A stretch of 59,344 nt of DNA, the filler included, from Trypethelium eluteriae (taxonomy: Eukaryota): assembly GCA_051942245.1 (NCBI GenBank). It is 2 parts of 2 records of this genome, joined end to end, with 100 filler letters (N's around TTAATTAATTAA, not from the genome) between each part and the next. Parts side by side here need not be neighbours in the genome. Positions count along the whole stretch, not along the records: positions 1 to 29,642 come from JAVECL010000290.1; 1 more part is not named here. One strand, given 5' to 3'. The notes below the pieces were generated by a model. It worked only from the letters and a program-made list of their open reading frames with translations, was not told the DNA's origin and did no database searches. Both the position numbers and the translations under genes were made by a program. Shown here piece after piece: positions 12,536-23,595 of the stretch. How positions within the stretch are numbered: position 1 is the stretch's first letter; each line of letters opens with the position of its first letter.

Positions 12536-13546
12536 TTATCCAAATACCAAGCTCTTTCTCTTTCTCAGCTTCGGTTTGCTGGGCCGTGAGTCGCTCCGGT
12601 CAGGCCATTGGCCTGGTGTTGCGCTCCTTTCTAACGAGGTTGAAGGAATTTGGTCGTCCGACTTGTCAGGAAATTCTGGTAGCTGCAGGACCGGCTCTCG
12701 CTCATTCGCACCACGTGGTACGAGCTTCAATCTGGACGCTCCGTCTTTTGGCTTGGAAGGTGTGGTCGGGCTTTTCACACCGTCATTTGATTTTCTGGTG
12801 GCGAATTTGGCAATGGATATCGTTTTCGAGAGGCTGCGGAGACGGCTGTGGCTGGTCGATGACGGCCGTTGCGGGAGAGATGTAGTGGAGAAAGGGTCGG
12901 AGTCGAGGAATGAAGGGTGCGGTGAGGGTCCAGATGGTGGGAGGAAGACGGCTGAGACTGCGCGAGCTTCTGCTGCCGACTCCATGAGTGGAATGGAGGA
13001 GAAGCGTTTGCTCTGGGAATATGTGCTTGACATTGATCTTCGTGCCACCTTCTCGAAATCGGATGAAAGCTCCATGGGACTGTCATGCCGAGACGATGGT
13101 TTTGAAGGGCTGTCGCTCCTCGAAGATTTTTCTGTAGACGAGTGAAGAGAAACCTCTACCATTGTCGGGCGAACGGGTTTCATTGAGATGACGAGAGCCT
13201 CTGTACAGGCTTTTGCGGTGTACTCATATGTGGTTGCGAGCTCTAGGAGGTTTTCGTCGAACTCAATGTCGTCAAAGTCATCACTGTCTTCTTCCACGCT
13301 GAGAGTGTCGCCATGTTCCGTGGGTGAGAGACCTTCCTCGTCCGAGAGGTATTGATGGTGAAGGATAGACTCAGAGTCTCGCTTCATTCCAAAGCCCAAT
13401 TCTTGCTTTAGTCCTACAGGGACTTTTTCGGAGTCACGCCGGGATGTCGACGACGTAGAGCTTCTTGATGCGTTTGTGGTAGCCATAGTGGATGGAAAAG
13501 TCCAATGCTCCAATTGAGGGGAGGCTGCCTCGACAATTGTTGTCAT
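12536..13546 (-). CDS. Ser/Pro-rich disordered fungal hypothetical protein (336 aa)
   Basis: Long ATG-initiated ORF in a good start context, with fungal-looking segments (YLSDEEGLSP, KLVPRGANEREPVLQLPEFP, KLRKRKS); no known domain recognised. Confidence 0.8.
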   Translation of the reverse strand: MTTIVEAASPQLEHWTFPSTMATTNASRSSTSSTSRRDSEKVPVGLKQELGFGMKRDSESILHHQYLSDEEGLSPTEHGDTLSVEEDSDDFDDIEFDENLLELATTYEYTAKACTEALVISMKPVRPTMVEVSLHSSTEKSSRSDSPSKPSSRHDSPMELSSDFEKVARRSMSSTYSQSKRFSSIPLMESAAEARAVSAVFLPPSGPSPHPSFLDSDPFSTTSLPQRPSSTSHSRLRSLSKTISIAKFATRKSNDGVKSPTTPSKPKDGASRLKLVPRGANEREPVLQLPEFPDKSDDQIPSTSLERSATPGQWPDRSDSRPSKPKLRKRKSLVFG

Positions 13547-16500
13547 GTTCGAAGCTCAAGCTTGACCCAACCTAATGAGGGTAAGAATGCAACAACTGGA
13601 TGTTCTCGGACAGGTAAGTGATGAGTTGTCCGAAAGGTAGTGCGAAGAACAGAGCAAATGTTTGTATTTTGTAGTGAAGAAGGTATCACGGCAAACCAAA
13701 TGTCAATACATCAATATCAGTTGACCAACATTGCCTGGTCTCGACTTGATGGAAAGCAGATTTAACCGAGAATTAAAAAAAAAGAGTGACAAAGCAGTAA
13801 TAATGAGAGTATATAATGCTGTGCAGCCGGTCGGGGTCCTAAAAGGGCTCGCGAGGGGCCAACTGGTTTCAAATAAGAAACGTCGCCGTGTGCCCTGTGC
13901 AGGGGGGAGGAGGGGGTGTGTCAGTGCAACCCTAGCACAAGCGAAGCGAAAGGGAGACCAGGGCGGGAGTGGTGGGAGTGGTGACGAGATGCAGAACAGG
14001 CAGGACAAGGTGCGCACTGGCAGAGACGAAGCTATGGCGCGCTCCAGGGCAGACCTGGCGGCTGGCTCTTCTTTCGTTTTCTGTTTGAAAACTCGTTCAC
14101 CACTGCGACGGCGCGTGCACGAGGGCGGGTGGGTGTTACCTTTATGGAACGACTCTTGTGGCGGGCCCTCCGGGCCAGCTTGACAACACTTACGAGAGCT
14201 TAGAGTAGATGCATGGCGCCGCTGGATCTGATTCGGTTTTTTCGGGCATAGCAAGTGCAAAAGGGGCATGGCGAGTCAGTGGCCGCAGCAAGTCAGCTTG
14301 TCAGCGCTGCCATCCTTTCTACCTACCTACACACCACCTTAAACACACAGGCGGTGTCGCTGATTGGAGTCATCTCGCCCGACCTTTGCTTTCATCCGCT
14401 CCTCGTGTGGCTTCGTCGCCGTTACTTCAGGTTTCTGCTGCCTCCGCTGCCGAGCGCGGCGTACATAATCAGCTCCTATGAGGCCGGCATGGCGGCCAGA
14501 TAGCTACTACACAGCCTATCACGGGCTGAGGTCGAAACTGGCGGAAAGAGATGTAGCAGACCAGGCCGCCCTGCAGCAGCCCTAACTCACCTTACACGAT
14601 AACGGGTAAAGTCCGAGGCTACCGATGCTTGATCTATTCTGCACCGCGAGTACGCCATTGCCAACGCTCAAATCAAGATGCCGTCCGTGCCCTAGCGTCG
14701 AGTTGATGAGAGACTTGATTGCCCGGCCCGCTGCAGACTTCGAGCCGGTCAACTCGCACTTTTTCGCGAGGCATGAAGAAGTTGCGAATTCAAAAGACGC
14801 AACGCGAGATATCGATAGTCCTCTTAGTGATTTAGCCATGAGAGACGACCAACGAGTTGACTCGGTCTTCGGCTCCCTGGTTGTCCGTTCAGAATCACGT
14901 CCTAGTATTATCTCTGAGCTTTAGTCTTGTCACTCTCAAGCTCAAAGTCCACGAACAAAAATTCCAAAGACTCTTTATTTAGGTTGTAGTCTCCACAACA
15001 GAATAACTCCCTTCCATCAGTACATTGATTATCGTACACAGCAATCTCCGGACACCGCCGGTGTTCCCACACCTACACTGACTGCCTGATGGGCTCCTCT
15101 TGTTGGCTCGTTCCCTTCCAGCATGAGCCTCAAGCAACAGAGAAAATTTTGCTCACGAATGAAGCCCCCCAAGGTCACTTGCAAATTGCTCCATCCATTG
15201 AGGATCCTCTCGACCCAGGTCAACGGGATCGGGAAGAAGCGATTTGTTGGACTTGTAGAAGAACACGCGGTCATCTCTTACAGACCGTCTAGGTTGTCTG
15301 TTGGATCTTCTTCTGTGTGCCTCACACCTTGTTGGGTCCGTCCTGTGATCAACAAGATTGTGATAGTAGTGCAAACTATCACAGCTGAGTACCTGTCATG
15401 TTAAATAACGCAAAGAGGCATTTCCGATCATCTCCCACAGAATGATATTCTCATCCCTTGTGTATAAAAAAGACAGGTTTCAAGAGCCTATAGATAGGTC
15501 TAATTCTGGAGTGATCCACAGTAAGAGTAGCGAGATTGATCCGATCTCCTTCCGCCCTCCCTTCCGCCGGCTTTCGGGCGCACCGCACCGCCATCTCGAC
15601 AAATGGTCGGACCCCAAGCTCCAGTAGAGTAGTTCCAACAACGTCTCCTCATCATGACCAACATAGCGACGCAGGTACAAACCGCAAACCTTTTCCTTTC
15701 TTCTGTCAGCTCTCGGTCGCGGACAACTTCATGGTCCGCCTGGGGTCTTGTATCTTGATCCTTCTTCCGCTTTTTGAATCGCCGATTTGAAGTCGAGCCC
15801 CGGACGTCCACCGCCCCCCCACTTGTACTACTTTGAAACTTCCGCTACCCGTCTGCTCGCCACTCATTGCCTTGCAGGACCACTACCAGCTGCTGCCTAT
15901 CCGCATCTATCCGGGCATGCAGTCTCGATTGATATACTAAAATCCTTCAGATAGATACTCTAGACTTGTGAGGGAAAAAGCGGCCTCTCGATCGGCTCAG
16001 CGTCTTTATGCCTTCGGTGCCACCGAGCCTTGGCGTCTTTTCACCTAATTGACTGATGAACCGAGTAAGAACCAGGTACGCAGACACCCAGAGATCATTG
16101 TCTCTGCTGCATCCCGCAACTGCATTGACGCACTTTGCGACATCAAAGATTTTAGACCATCAACCTATCGGATTTTGAGACTGCCAAGACAGTTGCCATT
16201 GCTTTTCACATGCAAGATCGGCATGACTTCTGCCTTGCAAGCTCATACCTGCAGGCAGTCTGTGGAGGTTTGCTCACTTGTCTGCCTCGTGCAGTGGTGT
16301 AGTGATGCATAGAAGCCGAAAAGTCCGAAGGCCCTAGTAGGCATCTCTTTCGAAGCAGTTTCCAGGAATTGGCTCAGGTGAGTGGCTTCCTGCACCGCCA
16401 AAGTTTTGCCCTACTACCTAGCATCTTCTATCACTGAAGATCTCTAGTCGGGCTGTGACTTTATTTTGGGCTAAATTATAGCTTGAGCATGGAGAAACGC

Positions 16501-18799
16501 TCTTCACGCGTGAAGACCCTCTCTTTTGTGTGAAAAGCAGTAATCGTTTCAATATTGATGATCTTTTCGCAATGGTGCAATGGTTCTCTGCGAGTACGGA
16601 ATAGTCCTGCAAGTAATCCGGGGTAAAGCACGATGTCCCCACGCATTGACGTAGGGTATGATGCAGGGCTTGTCTCAGGACGAAACCTTGGCTGGTGGAA
16701 TGATAATGCGGGTCATGGCGCTATTTTCTTTTTCTCGTTGCCGTATTGCATTAATCCTGGATAGCTTTTTTCGAACCAACGAACTTGACATAATCAAGTC
16801 TGCGATGAGGAAGTAGACCTTTCTTTTGAATCCGCTTAGGATTTGATTTGTTCTGCCCACAATTTGGATACTGTAATCAGCTTTCCTGTCGGGCTGGTTA
16901 CAACAGACTCAGGTCCACTTCTTTCACTCTCTAGTCAGACATGATGCTGGTTGATCAGCAAATGATCCTCCTGAAAAAGAAAAGAAAAAAAAAAAAAGAA
17001 AAATTTTCAGAGCACTGACGTGGTGTTTACTAATGGTTTGAAGCAGATATCAGTGAAACTCATTTTTGCCCTCCCTCAAATTATAGGGATCATAAAAATG
17101 CTAAATGTACTTAAGTATCAAATAAAGAATCACCATAAAAGCTCCGGTTGAGGAAATTTTCACAGTGATTCGCGACTTGATCGCCCTTGTAGAGATTCTC
17201 GCCAAAGGAGATGTGGCATAGCTAGATAGGCTCATTGGTCGCATCCAATCCTAGAGAGGTGCTCGTGAAGCTCTCTGGACACAAACAAAGATTGTCGAGG
17301 TATGCGAGGGATGACAGGAAAGATAGCTTATCTGTCAATTCGTACTTTCGTAGTCCAAACTCTTAGCTCTGTTGAAACATAGATCACACAGGCGTTCGCA
17401 ATAGATAAGTGGCGTACCAGCTTCCTATGGTGCGTATCCTTGCCTTCATTCTCTGATTGTCTTTCAGGATACTCAGTGGGTGCTAAGAATGTGATACTCT
17501 GGAACATCAAGAATATCATAGCGCCAAGCTAAGATGGTTTGCAGGGAATTGAGCTGAGCACAGTTTCGCAATCCTATGCCAAAGTCGCAATCAACCACCC
17601 TTTTCTCCCTTCTCAGCAAGAGTAGGAACACCCCAAATGTGGAAGCTCAACCTCCCAGCTGTGATCTAATTTTAAATGATGATCTGCAAAAGAAACCTCC
17701 ACAAGTATGCCAGGGGCCGAGGAGGCGGTGGCTTGGGGAGTAGCGCGCTGATCTCAATTCGAGCCTCATTACGGATACATCCGAGCGCGATCCGTGCGTT
17801 TAGCCCTTTAGTTGAGATCTTCTGATTTGTGGCGCCGGAAATAATAGAATGAGTTGTGTATTTCTCCAAAGTACTGGTAAATGAAAAAGATGGTAACAAT
17901 GATATACACGTCACAGACAATTACAGATGTGCTGGGCTGCTTGGCCCTCAAGGGTGCACCAGTCCGGTCCGGTCCGGTCAACATGGAGCACCACTCTACT
18001 CGCCCACACCACATGAATTGAGGTAGGCATCCACCAGTACCGCTCGATGGAATTTGACGACATAGTCCACGCCCTTCTTCTCTTTCTAGCCCTCTCTCAT
18101 GAATGTCGTTCTTTGAGCTTGCTTTATTATAGAAACATTCCTTTTACCACCTTTTGAACGGCTCGTGAATTTGCCACATATCCCACACTGAACCGCTACA
18201 GGTTGGAATAATACTCCTTCGAAGGCACAAAATCCGGCCCAGGCATGCCACTTGCAGGGCAACGATTTGCTCCGATGAAAATACTTGACCTCTATCCCTC
18301 ACCCATTTATCTGATGAAGAAGCAAGTTTTCTCCGTTGCTATGGTTCATTCCTGCGGTAGACCTTCTTCATGACGGACTAGTGACTTTAGCTTCTTACAT
18401 CAGATTATTGTGTGGTTGGCTGGGAAATTCTGGCTTGAATTCTGTGATAGCTCCTCGGGCCATTCTATGGCTGAAACTATCAACACAGTAGGAACTAGAA
18501 CATCTTGTAAACGGTGACATTACCAGTATATGTAAAATCCTATGCTCGCTTGTCTGGTGGCCTGGATCTCGTCTTGGCGAGTTTGCATTTCGTTATTACT
18601 CTCACGCCTGCTGACTAGGCTCTCTCATTTGGGATCTTTGATCTTTCTGCTAGTCAACTTCCACAAAGGAAATGAGCATGATGGCACGCTTCACCCTCCC
18701 CTGTGCATCTCAGCACTCGATGCACCCTACACTGCCCTTTCTCTCCTCTCACCTACCATGCTGCCTGTAGAGCTTTCAAGCTGACGAGAAACCCCATAA

Positions 18800-19400
18800 C
18801 CAGCCCATGCATCACCTAGGCCGTCACTACCTTCGAAGTGGCCCCCGCGCCCTCTCTGTAAATCAGCACCCTCATCTTCTAGCTAGGCCTCTACACCACC
18901 CACGCTCTCGTGCAATCCATGATCGTCTCTTTCTCAGACCCCAGCCAACCGCACGTCACCCTCCGAGGCGGCACGGGGCAACCAGGTCAACAGTGCACCC
19001 TCGCCTCCGAGTTCCGCGTCGGCACCCTGGACAGACGCGGCCAGTAGATCGCTGTCAGTCCTAGGGACATGCTATCCATTGAGTACGTTTCCTCCTCCTC
19101 GGTCTCCTCTGACTCGAAGGCAAACAAGGACAACAGCGACTGCTGGAGTCAGACGGTGAAGCAGAACGCGCGCGTGATCTCGCACTACGCGAGCGAGGAG
19201 ACTACCCAGACAGTGGTTCTCGGTGGGAGCCGTATGTGGAGTGGCAGGACGGAGTACAGCGGCTGGTGTGGCAGGCGTATGCGTATCTGAATTCGAAATT
19301 TGTATTGAGTGCGTTGAGTCCCGGATTTGCGCGTCCGTTGCCATAGAATAGGGATCGAGTGATGGAGTGGGGACGCCGAATTGGGAAAAGACGCGGCTGA
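18800..19400 (+). pseudogene. Possible decayed protein gene of unknown family
   Basis: Coding-like GC3-rich sequence with an intact-looking intron (GTACGT at 19083, CTGAC, AACAG). Readable peptide ...DCWSQTVKQNARVISHYASE / DYPDSGSRWEPYVEWQDGVQRLVWQAYAYLNSKF requires a frameshift and crosses stops. Confidence 0.35.
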
Positions 19401-19822
19401 TTGATAGGATAGCGATGCAGGAGGTGGCGTGTCCACAGGAGGGAATACCGCAGCGAGTGCGGTTGCGAAGGGAGATTAGTGGTGAAGGAGCTTTTGTGTT
19501 CTATACTTCCGTTCATTCATAATAGAGTCCAGAGTTCGCATTGAGTGCGGTTTGACTATGACTGCATCATGGGGCGATTCATGCCTTGATGCCATGTTGA
19601 AATGCTGTTTCGGGCTAAATCATGTTAGCAATCAAACATTCGACTACATACTGAGTAAATGGTTCATCGAAATATAAATATATTTTCATTGCTGATAGTA
19701 GTAGCACATCTGATAATATCTGAGGCTATACGCATCACTGGAATAGGCCATTAAAGGATGACCGTCTACCGTCCCACTGCTGTTATTCCGCATTGCTGGT
19801 GGAGATGTATGGTAATTTACAT

Positions 19823-21587
19823 TTACTCGTCAGGGACTAAAATTGAAGTCAGCATTGCATCCGCAAAACGCGACGAATATACTGGACTTACTCTCAACCT
19901 CGCCGCTGTCGATGTCATCGCTCACAGCCTTTGGGCTTCTTCCATCAACTTGACAACCGGTCTATGCCGCAGGATTAGAGATTGCTCAATAAATTGTGAA
20001 TGATCAACTTGCACTAAATGCCGTGCCCAGAACCTCCTTAACCGTACCACTCAATTCCTTCGCCATCGACTTGAATCTCATGGTCCGCGCTATGTTTATG
20101 ATTTCCTCGAGGGGAATGGACTTTGTATGCTTGATATTTTTCTCTTTCTTCCGGTCACGCGGGGGCTCTTTCACTGCGTGTGTATTAGAATATCTTTACA
20201 GGGATTATCTGGAGCGAAGATTGCAATAGAGGAACTTACAGGCCTTGATGACAAGAGACGATGCGGAAGGAACGACAGAGACGGCAGCTTGACGGTTCTA
20301 TCCTTCGATTAGCTCGGCGGTTCGAAAGCTATGATCAATGCCTTGATGGTTTTCGCGCCTCTCCAAAGTAAACGAGGGTTTGGTGATGAGGAACAAGCTA
20401 AGCGGTTGATGAAGCTGTGCAGTCTGCTATATTGGTGAAGATGAATTGAAAAATCCTTGAACTCGGAATAGAAGACATCGCATGTAAGACAAGTGCTCGG
20501 CTAGGTGAAAGATCGTCTTAAAGCTGTATATGAAACCAAAGCGTACATACTTTTATAGTGAGGCGGACGGTCACGCGCTAAATCAGGGTGAGTACATGTA
20601 TTGGAGGTGTTCAAATATCACTGACCAGTCCTTTCCCTGTTGGAGCGTCAGTATGCAAAAATCAAATATGGTTGAGTAAAACGCACAGTCACCAGTCGCC
20701 TTGGCTATATCCTCACCCACTTTTTTCTGTTTATCAGGATTAGTTTATTGAAGAAATGTATAAGCACAAGGTACTTGTGGTGTGGAGAAGGGTAGGTGGA
20801 GGCGGAAAGAAAAAAATTCCATGGTGGCAGCCTCGATCCCCGACAGCCTGCAAAACAGTGCTTCGCTGAACAGATATATGAAACCGCCTCGAAGAATAAT
20901 TTTGCTTGCCGACCAATAATGACCGTTTCTCCTCAGGTGATCTGACCTGCGAAAAATTTGGACATTTGAGTTGAATGCACCCAACGCTTAATTGCTCAGC
21001 CGCCCCGTTTCAGGACCCCATGGGTCTCATTGTGTATTCGAAACGCAGTTCAGGGAAGTCATACGCACCGGAGACAAGCCCAGCGGGCCGATTTTTGCTA
21101 AAAGTTGGCGTTAGGAATTGGCAATCTGATAGTCGAGAAGGGGGCTTACGCGCGAGCGCCGAGCTGGCTCCTACCTCACCGCCAGTGGCCCTAAGGTGGA
21201 TACTGATGGAAATGTAAGCGGATATCTCAATCAGATGACCAGGCTTGATCGCGAATCTCCAAATTGTGTGTAGTGACGCTGGTGGCTGGTAGCACTGACT
21301 GCGGTTGGGAATGGAGGAGACTCTACGCAAATCTTCTCTATGGAATTTTCCACAGCCTCAAATAGGCACATGGCCGTCCCAAGCTAGCATGTAGCTGGGC
21401 GCTGGTACCCGGCCTCAATCTGATCTCATGACAAGGGGCTCTCTTTGGCTTTTCCAATTCGCGAGTGCTGTTGTGATCCTTATGTAGATTCCCTCTCTTT
21501 CTTCGCTGTTTGCAAACTGAGAGAAAAGAATTTTGGGAGACAGGAAACGCACATTTTCTCTTCGTTCGGATCGAATTTTGGTGCCAT
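19823..21587 (-). CDS. RPL12: 60S ribosomal protein L12 (uL11), 10 exons
   Basis: Exons 21587-21553, 21202-21150, 21097-21069, 20726-20687, 20636-20626, 20577-20551, 20297-20240, 20173-20013, 19961-19892 and 19836-19823 sum to 498 nt (165 aa + stop): [94 protein letters not shown]...TGCQVDG...IPDE. Confidence 0.97.
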
Positions 21588-22515
21588 ATCGGTTGGCAGA
21601 TGTTATCTCAATATGTTATGTAGGGTAAGGACTTCTTCGAGATCAGTAAAGGCCTTCCGAGCTTGACGACGATACTCACGTTCGGCCTAGACGTGAGGTA
21701 GTCTGTCTGACAAGCTATGGCGAAAATGCTGTCGCAATGGTCGGGATATGAAGTCCAAATTTGTGTGGGATTGTTGGAAATAGCGGAGCGCATACTATCG
21801 ATAAGAAACTCACGCCTTTCCTATTCGAACACTAGTGCACATAACAGCCCTGCTCCACATCAACATTGACCATTGGCAGCAATCCGGATAAAATTTCAAG
21901 GCCGAATATCTCAGCCTCGAGAACCGATAATCAAAATCCGACTTCGGAACCGAAAATTCCAAGCTCTTGGCTTCAGTTTGAGACTAAAATTTCCTTCAAA
22001 ATCACATTATCAAATGATCGCGCCTAGGGTACACGCTTTACACGAACTACAAACCATGGTCGACAACGAGACATCCAGAACTACCAAAATCCAAGCCCAG
22101 AGAACGAAAGCTTATGTGGTTCAGTATCAGCCTGCAAAAGGAATCCGATAAATATAAGATATTGCGGGTGTAAAAGGTAATTTTTTGATTTGTATGAGAA
22201 ATTTAGTGGCAATTGGTACTCCGCAGCTGCCGTAGCTAGCGTTAGGGCGGCCCAGAAAGCACTTCTGTGCACAAAAGGTCGTTGAGCTTCAACCCTTTTA
22301 TCTCGTACTACTCAGTTAGATGCACTCAAAGGTACCATAAAGTATCAACGACTACTAGAACTTAATATGACCAAAGTCTTCTAAACTTACACTGCCTCAC
22401 AGCATCGCTATCAAAAACAGTTGAAGAATTTCCTTTCATACTCTCCCAATTCTCATTACTTTCGCGTACATCGCTTAGCCTAAGAATAGTGAGTCCTCTT
22501 TCGCAAGCGGCTTCC

Positions 22516-23355
22516 ATGGATCTGGGTCTCAAACTGGAGGAGAGACACGTTCTGGTTACTGGAGGTTGTGGTATGATCGGATCCAAAGTCGTGCAGGCGT
22601 TTCTCTCCGCCGGCTCCTTTGTCACTTCGATTGACATTGCTCCGCGTCCCTTTGACCTCGATCACGTCAATTTATTCGTGTTGAAAGCCGACATCACAAA
22701 CGAAAAAGAATTTGAGAACGCTTGGCAGAAAGCAGAGGCCAAATATGGGCTCGTTGAATGCTGTGTCGCACTCGCATCGCTGGATCTTTCCGTTCTGAAA
22801 CACCATCAGAGCTTGGCGGACATGGACATGTCGCAATGGCGGCGAACATTAGATGTCAATGTTGCTGGGACCTTCCTTACTGCTCGAACTTGGCTCAGAG
22901 CTCTGCAACGCTACGACAAACCAGTGGATTACCCGGACAGAGTGTCTCTCATCCTGGTGGGCAGCGAGAGTGGTCATTTTGGTGAACGCAATAACGCGGA
23001 CTACGCCGCCTCCAAGAGCGCGGTACAATTTGGACTCCTCCAAAGTCTGAAAGCGGACGCACCAAGAATCTGGCCTGGTGCTCGTGTCAACGCTATTGCT
23101 CCAGGACCCGTAGCTACACCCAAGTTTTGGAAAGAATGTCAGGAGTCTCCTGAGATGTATTGGCTGGAAGCGCAAGCCACCGTGGCGCAAAAGCGACCTG
23201 TTTCAATGGCAAAGGTTGCAAAGAGTATTCTCTACCTGGCCAGTGAGGCATGGAGTGGCGATGTCCATGGTCAGATCCTGAACGTAGACTCTGGCAAGCA
23301 AGGCAAGGTCATGTGGACAAAAGAGGAATGTGGGCATCGGTCATCTACAGCTTGA
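22516..23355 (+). CDS. Classical short-chain dehydrogenase/reductase
   Basis: VLVTGGCGMIG nucleotide-binding loop, catalytic Ser (VGSES), YAASK, RVNAIAPG, GQILNVDSG. First ATG at 22516. Confidence 0.92.
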   Translation: MDLGLKLEERHVLVTGGCGMIGSKVVQAFLSAGSFVTSIDIAPRPFDLDHVNLFVLKADITNEKEFENAWQKAEAKYGLVECCVALASLDLSVLKHHQSLADMDMSQWRRTLDVNVAGTFLTARTWLRALQRYDKPVDYPDRVSLILVGSESGHFGERNNADYAASKSAVQFGLLQSLKADAPRIWPGARVNAIAPGPVATPKFWKECQESPEMYWLEAQATVAQKRPVSMAKVAKSILYLASEAWSGDVHGQILNVDSGKQGKVMWTKEECGHRSSTA

Positions 23356-23595
23356 TTTTCTAAATTTGATTCACTGTAGGGATGGAGTAAGTTGTGCAAT
23401 TGAAAAATATTGCATGTTTGCCTTGACGATATGAAACAATTTCAGCCGGTACTCCACTGGATTTTAAAAGGCTAGTACTCCTTCTGGAAGTCATATACTC
23501 GTTCATTTCGCTTCGCTTAAGTCTTTAGTACATTGCAAAGATTGGTTGCCGTTCTAAATACGCCAAGTCTCCGACGCCGTCAGATAATCGATTCA

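Noticed and set aside
13703..14269. Overlapping 188-aa and 150-aa ORFs
   Set aside because: They lie in the presumed 5' leader/promoter of the 336-aa gene and show no protein-like features.
20298..20550. C/D snoRNA in RPL12 intron 6
   Set aside because: The GTGATGA match is on the strand opposite to RPL12 transcription, and no convincing C/D pair was seen on the sense strand.
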